Origin: the human T2T-CHM13v2.0 reference genome, Homo sapiens
Assembly: GCF_009914755.1 (NCBI RefSeq)
Contig: NC_060941.1
DNA: 64,000 nucleotides
Direction: 5' to 3' (one strand)
How positions within the stretch are numbered: the first letter of the stretch is position 1; each line of letters opens with the position of its first letter. The position numbers and the translations under genes are program-made. The notes beneath the pieces are model-generated. The model ran no database searches and was not told where the DNA came from. It was given only the letters and a program-made list of their open reading frames with translations. Shown piece by piece: positions 54,501 through 64,000 of this stretch.

Positions 54501-57500
54501 CCTCTTTGAAGATTTTGTTGGAAACGGAATCATCTTCACATAAAAACTATACAGACGCATTCTCAGGAACTTTTTGGTGATGTTTGTATTCAACTCCCAG
54601 AGTTGAACTTTCCTTTGGAAAGAGCAGCTATGAAACACTCTTTTTCTAGAATCTGCAAGTGGACGTTTGGAGGGCTTTGTGGTTTGTGGTGGAAAAGGAA
54701 ATATCTTCACCTAAATACTAGATAGAAGCATTCTCAGAAACTGCTTTGTGATGATTGCATTCACCTCACAGAGTTGAACATTCCTATTGATAGAGCAGTT
54801 TGGAAACACTCTTGTTGTGGAATGTGCAAGTGGAGATTTGGAGCGCTTTGAGGCCTATGGTAGTAAAGGGAATAGCTTCATAGAAAAACTAGACAGAAGC
54901 ATTCTCAGAAAATACTTTGTGATGATTGAGTTTAACTCACAGAGCTGAACATTCCTTTGGATGGAGCAGGTTTGAGACACACCTTTTGTAGAATCTACAA
55001 GTGGATATTTGGACCTCTCTGAGGATTTCGTTGGAAACGGGATAACTGCACCTAACTAAACGGAAGCATTCTCAGAAACTTCTTGGTGATGTTTGCATTC
55101 AAATCCCAGAGTTGAACCTTCCTTTGATAGTTCAGGTTTGAAACACTCTTTTTGTAGGATCTGCAAGTGGATATTTGGACCACTCTGTGGCCTTCGTTCG
55201 AAACGGGTATATCTTCGCATAAAATCTAGACAGAAGCCTTCTCAGAAACTTCTCTGTGATGATTGCATTCAACTCACAGAGTTGAACCCTCCTATGGATA
55301 GAGCAGTGTTGAAACTCTCTTTTTGTGGAATCTGCAAGTGGATATGTGGACCTCTCCGAAGATGTCTTTGGAAACGGGAATATCTTCACATAAAAACTAA
55401 ACAGAAGCATTCTCAGAAACTTCTCTGTGATGTTTGTGTTCAACTCCCAGAGTTTCACATTGCTTTTCATAGAGTAGTTCTGAAACATGCTTTTCGTAGT
55501 GTCTACAAGTGGACATTTGGAGCGCTTTCAGGCCTGTGGTGGAAAACGAATTATGGTCACATAAAAACTGGAGAGAAGCATTGTCAGAAACTTCTTTGTG
55601 ATGATTGCATTCAACTCACAGAGTTGAAGGTTCCTTTTCAAAGAGCAGTTTCCAATCACTCTTTGTGTGGAATCTGCAAGTGGATATTCGGACCTATTTT
55701 GAAGATTTCGTTGGAAACGGGAGAATCTTCACAGGAAAGCTAAACAGAAGCATTCTCAGAAACTTCTTTGTGATGCTTGCATTCAACTCACAGAGTTGAA
55801 CTTTCCTTTCGAGAGAGAAGCTTTGAAACACTCTTTTTCCAGAATCTGCAAGTGGACATTTGGAGGGCTTTGAGGCCTGTGGTGGAAAAGGAATTATCTT
55901 CCCGTAAAAGCTAGATAGAAGCATTCTCAGAAACTACTTTGTGATGATTGCATTCAAGTCACAGAGTTGAACATTCCCTTTGACAGAGCAGTTTGGAAAC
56001 TCTCTTTGTGTAGAATCTGCAAGTGGAGATATGGACCGCTTTGAGGCCTATGGTAGTAAAGGAAATAGCTTCATATAAAAGCTAGACAGTAGCATTCACA
56101 GAAAACTCTTGGTGACGACTGAGTTTAACTCACAGAGCTGAACATTCCTTTGGATGGAGCAGTTTCGAAACACACTATTTGTAGAATGTGCAAGTGGATA
56201 TTTAGGCCTCTCTGAGGATTTCGTTGGAAACGGGATAAACCGCACAGAACTAAACAGAAGCATTCTCAGAACCTTCTTCGTGATGTTTGCATTCAACTCA
56301 CAGTGTTGAACCTTTCTTTGATAGTTCAGGTTTGAAACGGTCTTTCTGTAGAAACTGCAAGTAGATATTTGGACCTCTCTGAGGATTTCGTTGGAAACGG
56401 GATAACCCGCACAGAACTAAAACAGAAGCATTCTCAGAACCCTCTTCGTGATGTTTGCATTCAACTCACAGTGCTGAACCTTTCTTTGATAGTTCAGCTT
56501 TGAAACACTCTTTTTGTAGAAACTGCAAGTGGATATTTGGTCCTCTCTGAGCATTTCGTTGGAAACGGGATAAACTGCACAGAACTAAACAGAAGCATTC
56601 TCAGAACCTTCTTCGTGATGTCTGCATTCAACTCACAGTGTGGAACCTTTCTTTGATAGTTCAGGTTTGAAACACTCTTTTTGTAGAAACTGCAAGGGGA
56701 TAATTGCACTCTTTGAGGAGTACCGTAGTAAAGGAAATAACTTCCTATAAAAAGAAGACAGAAGCTTTCTCAGAAAATTCTTTGGGATGATTGAGTTGAA
56801 CTCACAGAGCTGAGCATTCCTTGCGATGTAGCAGTTTAGAAACACACTTTCTGCAGAATCTGCAAGTGCATATTTGGACCTCTGTGAGGAATTCGTTGGA
56901 AACGGGATAATTTCAGCTGACTAAACAGAAGCAGTCTCAGAATCTTCTTTGTGATGTTTGCATTCAAATCCCCGAGTTGAACTTTCCTTTCAAAGTTCAC
57001 GTTTGAAACACTCTTTTTGCAGGATCTACAAGTGGATATTTGGACCACTCTGTGTCCTTCGTTCGAAACGGGTATATCTTCACATGACATCTAGACAGAA
57101 GCATCCTCAGAAGCTTCTCTGTGATGACTGCATTCAACTCACGGAGTTGAACACTCCTTTTGAGAGCGCAGTTTTGAAACTCTCTTTCTGTGGCATCTGC
57201 AAGGGGACACGTAGACCTCTTTGAAGATTTCGTTGGAAACGGAATCATCTTCACATAAAAACTATACAGATGCATTCTCAGGAACTTTTTGGTGATGTTT
57301 GTATTCAACTCCCAGAGTTGAACTTTCCTTTGGAAAGAGCAGCTATGAAACACTCTTTTTCTAGAATCTGCAAGTGGACGTTTGGAGGGCTTTGTGGTTT
57401 GTGGTGGAAAAGGAAATATCTTCACCTAAATACTAGATAGAAGCATTCTCAGAAACTGCTTTGTGATGATTGCATTCACCTCACAGAGTTGAACATTCCT

Positions 57501-60500
57501 ATTGATAGAGCAGTTTGGAAACACTCTTGTTGTGGAATGTGCAAGTGGAGATTTGGAGCGCTTTGAGGCCTATGGTAGTAAAGGGAATAGCTTCATAGAA
57601 AAACTAGACAGAAGCATTCTCAGAAAATACTTTGTGATGATTGAGTTTAACTCACAGAGCTGAACATTCCTTTGGATGGAGCAGGTTTGAGACACACCTT
57701 TTGTAGAATCTACAAGTGGATATTTGGACCTCTCTGAGGATTTCGTTGGAAACGGGATAACTGCACCTAACAAAAACGGAAGCATTCTCAGAAACTTCTT
57801 GGTGATGTTTGCATTCAAATCCCAGAGTTGAACCTTCCTTTGATAGTTCAGGTTTGAAACACTCTTTTTGTAGGATCTGCAAGTGGATATTTGGACCACT
57901 CTGTGGCCTTCGTTCGAAACGGGTATATCTTCGCATAAAATCTAGACAGAAGCCTTCTCAGAAACTTCTCTGTGATGATTGCATTCAACTCACAGAGTTG
58001 AACCCTCCTATGGATAGAGCAGTGTTGAAACTCTCTTTTTGTGGAATCTGCAAGTGGGTATGTGGACCTCTCCGAAGATGTCTTTGGAAACGGGAATATC
58101 TTCACATAAAAACTAAACAGAAGCATTCTCAGAAACTTCTCTGTGATGTTTGTGTTCAACTCCCAGAGTTTCACATTGCTTTTCATAGAGTAGTTCTGAA
58201 ACATGCTTTTCGTAGTGTCTACAAGTGGACATTTGGAGCGCTTTCAGGCCTGTGGTGGAAAACGAATTATGGTCACATAAAAACTGGAGAGAAGCATTGT
58301 CAGAAACTTCTTTGTGATGATTGCATTCAACTCACAGAGTTGAAGGTTCCTTTTCAAAGAGCAGTTTCCAATCACTCTTTGTGTGGAATCTGCAAGTGGA
58401 TATTTGGACCTATTTTGAAGATTTCGTTGGAAACGGGAGAATCTTCACAGGAAAGCTAAACAGAAGCATTCTCAGAAACTTCTTTGTGATGCTTGCATTC
58501 AACTCACAGAGTTGAACTTTCCTTTCGAGAGAGAAGCTTTGAAACACTCTTTTTCCAGAATCTGCAAGTGGACATTTGGAGGGCTTTGAGGCCTGTGGTG
58601 GAAAAGGAATTATCTTCCCGTAAAAGCTAGATAGAAGCATTCTCAGAAACTACTTTGTGATGATTGCATTCAAGTCACAGAGTTGAACATTCCCTTTGAC
58701 AGAGCAGTTTGGAAACTCTCTTTGTGTAGAATCTGCAAGTGGAGATATGGACCGCTTTGAGGCCTATGGTAGTAAAGGAAATAGCTTCATATAAAAGCTA
58801 GACAGTAGCATTCACAGAAAACTCTTGGTGACGACTGAGTTTAACTCACAGAGCTGAACATTCCTTTGGATGGAGCAGTTTCGAAACACACTATTTGTAG
58901 AATGTGCAAGTGGATATTTAGGCCTCTCTGAGGATTTCGTTGGAAACGGGATAAACCGCACAGAACTAAACAGAAGCATTCTCAGAACCTTCTTCGTGAT
59001 GTTTGCATTCAACTCACAGTGTTGAACCTTTCTTTGATAGTTCAGGTTTGAAACGGTCTTTCTGTAGAAACTGCAAGTAGATATTTGGACCTCTCTGAGG
59101 ATTTCGTTGGAAACGGGATAACCCGCACAGAACTAAAACAGAAGCATTCTCAGAACCCTCTTCGTGATGTTTGCATTCAACTCACAGTGCTGAACCTTTC
59201 TTTGATAGTTCAGCTTTGAAACACTCTTTTTGTAGAAACTGCAAGTGGATATTTGGTCCTCTCTGAGCATTTCGTTGGAAACGGGATAAACTGCACAGAA
59301 CTAAACAGAAGCATTCTCAGAACCTTCTTCGTGATGTCTGCATTCAACTCACAGTGTGGAACCTTTCTTTGATAGTTCAGGTTTGAAACACTCTTTTTGT
59401 AGAAACTGCAAGGGGATAATTGCACTCTTTGAGGAGTACCGTAGTAAAGGAAATAACTTCCTATAAAAAGAAGACAGAAGCTTTCTCAGAAAATTCTTTG
59501 GGATGATTGAGTTGAACTCACAGAGCTGAGCATTCCTTGCGATGTAGCAGTTTAGAAACACACTTTCTGCAGAATCTGCAAGTGCATATTTGGACCTCTG
59601 TGAGGAATTCGTTGGAAACGGGATAATTTCAGCTGACTAAACAGAAGCAGTCTCAGAATCTTCTTTGTGATGTTTGCATTCAAATCCCCGAGTTGAACTT
59701 TCCTTTCAAAGTTCACGTTTGAAACACTCTTTTTGCAGGATCTACAAGTGGATATTTGGACCACTCTGTGTCCTTCGTTCGAAACGGGTATATCTTCACA
59801 TGACATCTAGACAGAAGCATCCTCAGAAGCTTCTCTGTGATGACTGCATTCAACTCACGGAGTTGAACACTCCTTTTGAGAGCGCAGTTTTGAAACTCTC
59901 TTTCTGTGGCATCTGCAAGGGGACACGTAGACCTCTTTGAAGATTTCGTTGGAAACGGAATCATCTTCACATAAAAACTATACAGACGCATTCTCAGGAA
60001 CTTTTTGGTGATGTTTGTATTCAACTCCCAGAGTTGAACTTTCCTTTGGAAAGAGCAGCTATGAAACACTCTTTTTCTAGAATCTGCAAGTGGACGTTTG
60101 GAGGGCTTTGTGGTTTGTGGTGGAAAAGGAAATATCTTCACCTAAATACTAGATAGAAGCATTCTCAGAAACTGCTTTGTGATGATTGCATTCACCTCAC
60201 AGAGTTGAACATTCCTATTGATAGAGCAGTTTGGAAACACTCTTGTTGTGGAATGTGCAAGTGGAGATTTGGAGCGCTTTGAGGCCTATGGTAGTAAAGG
60301 GAATAGCTTCATAGAAAAACTAGACAGAAGCATTCTCAGAAAATACTTTGTGATGATTGAGTTTAACTCACAGAGCTGAACATTCCTTTGGATGGAGCAG
60401 GTTTGAGACACACTTTTTGTAGAATCTACAAGTGGATATTTGGACCTCTCTGAGGATTTCGTTGGAAACGGGATAACTGCACCTAACTAAACGGAAGCAT

Positions 60501-63500
60501 TCTCAGAAACTTCTTGGTGATGTTTGCATTCAAATCCCAGAGTTGAACCTTCCTTTGATAGTTCAGGTTTGAAACACTCTTTTTGTAGGATCTGCAAGTG
60601 GCTATTTGGACCACTCTGTGGCCTTCGTTCGAAACGGGTATATCTTCGCATAAAATCTAGACAGAAGCCTTCTCAGAAACTTCTCTGTGATGATTGCATT
60701 CAACTCACAGAGTTGAACCCTCCTATGGATAGAGCAGTGTTGAAACTCTCTTTTTGTGGAATCTGCAAGTGGATATGTGGACCTCTCCGAAGATGTCTTT
60801 GGAAACGGGAATATCTTCACATAAAAACTAAACAGAAGCATTCTCAGAAACTTCTCTGTGATGTTTGTGTTCAACTCCCAGAGTTTCACATTGCTTTTCA
60901 TAGAGTAGTTCTGAAACATGCTTTTCGTAGTGTCTACAAGTGGACATTTGGAGCGCTTTCAGGCCTGTGGTGGAAAACGAATTATGGTCACATAAAAACT
61001 GGAGAGAAGCATTGTCAGAAACTTCTTTGTGATGATTGCATTCAACTCACAGAGTTGAAGGTTCCTTTTCAAAGAGCAGTTTCCAATCACTCTTTGTGTG
61101 GAATCTGCAAGTGGATATTTGGACCTATTTTGAAGATTTCGTTGGAAACGGGAGAATCTTCACAGGAAAGCTAAACAGAAGCATTCTCAGAAACTTCTTT
61201 GTGATGCTTGCATTCAACTCACAGAGTTGAACTTTCCTTTCGAGAGAGAAGCTTTGAAACACTCTTTTTCCAGAATCTGCAAGTGGACATTTGGAGGGCT
61301 TTGAGGCCTGTGGTGGAAAAGGAATTATCTTCCCGTAAAAGCTAGATAGAAGCATTCTCAGAAACTACTTTGTGATGATTGCATTCAAGTCACAGAGTTG
61401 AACATTCCCTTTGACAGAGCAGTTTGGAAACTCTCTTTGTGTAGAATCTGCAAGTGGAGATATGGACCGCTTTGAGGCCTATGGTAGTAAAGGAAATAGC
61501 TTCATATAAAAGCTAGACAGTAGCATTCACAGAAAACTCTTGGTGACGACTGAGTTTAACTCACAGAGCTGAACATTCCTTTGGATGGAGCAGTTTCGAA
61601 ACACACTATTTGTAGAATGTGCAAGTGGATATTTAGGCCTCTCTGAGGATTTCGTTGGAAACGGGATAAACCGCACAGAACTAAACAGAAGCATTCTCAG
61701 AACCTTCTTCGTGATGTTTGCATTCAACTCACAGTGTTGAACCTTTCTTTGATAGTTCAGGTTTGAAACGGTCTTTCTGTAGAAACTGCAAGTAGATATT
61801 TGGACCTCTCTGAGGATTTCGTTGGAAACGGGATAACCCGCACAGAACTAAAACAGAAGCATTCTCAGAACCCTCTTCGTGATGTTTGCATTCAACTCAC
61901 AGTGCTGAACCTTTCTTTGATAGTTCAGCTTTGAAACACTCTTTTTGTAGAAACTGCAAGTGGATATTTGGTCCTCTCTGAGCATTTCGTTGGAAACGGG
62001 ATAAACTGCACAGAACTAAACAGAAGCATTCTCAGAACCTTCTTCGTGATGTCTGCATTCAACTCACAGTGTGGAACCTTTCTTTGATAGTTCAGGTTTG
62101 AAACACTCTTTTTGTAGAAACTGCAAGGGGATAATTGCACTCTTTGAGGAGTACCGTAGTAAAGGAAATAACTTCCTATAAAAAGAAGACAGAAGCTTTC
62201 TCAGAAAATTCTTTGGGATGATTGAGTTGAACTCACAGAGCTGAGCATTCCTTGCGATGTAGCAGTTTAGAAACACACTTTCTGCAGAATCTGCAAGTGC
62301 ATATTTGGACCTCTGTGAGGAATTCGTTGGAAACGGGATAATTTCAGCTGACTAAACAGAAGCAGTCTCAGAATCTTCTTTGTGATGTTTGCATTCAAAT
62401 CCCCGAGTTGAACTTTCCTTTCAAAGTTCACGTTTGAAACACTCTTTTTGCAGGATCTACAAGTGGATATTTGGACCACTCTGTGTCCTTCGTTCGAAAC
62501 GGGTATATCTTCACATGACATCTAGACAGAAGCATCCTCAGAAGCTTCTCTGTGATGACTGCATTCAACTCACGGAGTTGAACACTCCTTTTGAGAGCGC
62601 AGTTTTGAAACTCTCTTTCTGTGGCATCTGCAAGGGGACACGTAGACCTCTTTGAAGATTTCGTTGGAAACGGAATCATCTTCACATAAAAACTATACAG
62701 ACGCATTCTCAGGAACTTTTTGGTGATGTTTGTATTCAACTCCCAGAGTTGAACTTTCCTTTGGAAAGAGCAGCTATGAAACACTCTTTTTCTAGAATCT
62801 GCAAGTGGACGTTTGGAGGGCTTTGTGGTTTGTGGTGGAAAAGGAAATATCTTCACCTAAATACTAGATAGAAGCATTCTCAGAAACTGCTTTGTGATGA
62901 TTGCATTCACCTCACAGAGTTGAACATTCCTATTGATAGAGCAGTTTGGAAACACTCTTGTTGTGGAATGTGCAAGTGGAGATTTGGAGCGCTTTGAGGC
63001 CTATGGTAGTAAAGGGAATAGCTTCATAGAAAAACTAGACAGAAGCATTCTCAGAAAATACTTTGTGATGATTGAGTTTAACTCACAGAGCTGAACATTC
63101 CTTTGGATGGAGCAGGTTTGAGACACACTTTTTGTAGAATCTACAAGTGGATATTTGGACCTCTCTGAGGATTTCGTTGGAAACGGGATAACTGCACCTA
63201 ACTAAACGGAAGCATTCTCAGAAACTTCTTGGTGATGTTTGCATTCAAATCCCAGAGTTGAACCTTCCTTTGATAGTTCAGGTTTGAAACACTCTTTTTG
63301 TAGGATCTGCAAGTGGATATTTGGACCACTCTGTGGCCTTCGTTCGAAACGGGTATATCTTCGCATAAAATCTAGACAGAAGCCTTCTCAGAAACTTCTC
63401 TGTGATGATTGCATTCAACTCACAGAGTTGAACCCTCCTATGGATAGAGCAGTGTTGAAACTCTCTTTTTGTGGAATCTGCAAGTGGATATGTGGACCTC

Positions 63501-63805
63501 TCCGAAGATGTCTTTGGAAACGGGAATATCTTCACATAAAAACTAAACAGAAGCATTCTCAGAAACTTCTCTGTGATGTTTGTGTTCAACTCCCAGAGTT
63601 TCACATTGCTTTTCATAGAGTAGTTCTGAAACATGCTTTTCGTAGTGTCTACAAGTGGACATTTGGAGCGCTTTCAGGCCTGTGGTGGAAAACGAATTAT
63701 GGTCACATAAAAACTGGAGAGAAGCATTGTCAGAAACTTCTTTGTGATGATTGCATTCAACTCACAGAGTTGAAGGTTCCTTTTCAAAGAGCAGTTTCCA
63801 ATCAC
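9506..63805 (+). repeat. Twenty consecutive canonical 16-mer HOR units
   Basis: 2715-bp period throughout, except one 2714-bp unit (1-bp deletion near 33807) and one 2716-bp unit (net 1-bp gain near 57772). Confidence 0.95.
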
Positions 63806-64000
63806 TCTTTGTGTGGAATCTGCAAGTGGATATTTGGACCTATTTTGAAGATTTCGTTGGAAACGGGAGAATCTTCACAGGAAAGCTAAACAGAAGCATT
63901 CTCAGAAACTTCTTTGTGATGCTTGCATTCAACTCACAGAGTTGAACTTTCCTTTCGAGAGAGAAGCTTTGAAACACTCTTTTTCCAGAATCTGCAAGTG

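Larger units (their letters stand above)
1..64000 (+). repeat. Centromeric alpha-satellite HOR array, 16-mer of 2715 bp, SF3 pentameric type, most likely human chr17 D17Z1
   Basis: About 171-bp monomers with alphoid hallmarks (CATTCTCAGAAAC, TGCATTCAACTCACAGAGTTGAAC, TGCAAGTGGATATTTGG, CENP-B box). ORF-track coordinates recur every 2715 bp. A single EcoRI site per unit lies at 1230, 3945, 6660, 10735, 13450 ... 62320. A 2.7-kb EcoRI 16-mer is the established description of D17Z1. Alpha satellite is certain; the chromosome assignment is from recall. Confidence 0.97.

Noticed and set aside
57570-57936. Unique ORFs appearing only here and at 21961-22641
   Set aside because: They result from single-base changes (57772 T>AA, 22477 C>G, 21963 A>G) that remove a stop or create an ATG; no foreign sequence is inserted.
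35-63945. All other 60-156-aa ORFs on both strands
   Set aside because: They recur with the HOR period, overlap in several frames and are typical spurious alphoid translations.
1-64000. Possible embedded L1/Alu insertion, inversion or non-alphoid island
   Set aside because: Unit offsets account for every base (23 x 2715 + 1360 + 195, with one -1 and one +1 indel). All boxes are on the same strand, and there is no poly(A) tail or target-site duplication.
1-64000. Array being a collapsed, modelled or synthetic repeat
   Set aside because: Units carry private variants and long-range ordered haplotype patterns (lags of 2 and 3 units), as expected of a real long-read assembly. Not fully excludable without reads.

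Overview
The whole 64-kb window is one uninterrupted, head-to-tail, single-orientation array of primate centromeric alpha satellite (monomers of 166-172 bp). It is organised as a 16-monomer higher-order repeat (HOR) of 2715 bp with one EcoRI site per unit. The period, the EcoRI spacing and the pentameric (suprachromosomal family 3, W1-W5) monomer order fit human chromosome 17 D17Z1 (p17H8-type 16-mer); this assignment comes from recall, not a database search. The window holds 23 full-length units, one 8-monomer (1360-bp) variant unit and a 195-bp partial unit. Each 16-mer has 8 intact CENP-B boxes, 2 degenerate boxes and 6 pJalpha/A-type boxes. I found no genes, transposons, RNA genes or CRISPR arrays; all ORFs are repeat artefacts. 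I see no evidence for a new protein-coding system. The informative signal is in the deviations from the HOR: an 8-mer variant whose junction lies in a 43-bp identity tract containing a CENP-B box, SNP haplotypes that define 2- and 3-HOR super-repeats, conversion-like single-base changes, and an apparent clustering of variants just upstream of the CENP-B/pJalpha box. Variant lists were compiled by eye with help from the ORF track and may be incomplete.
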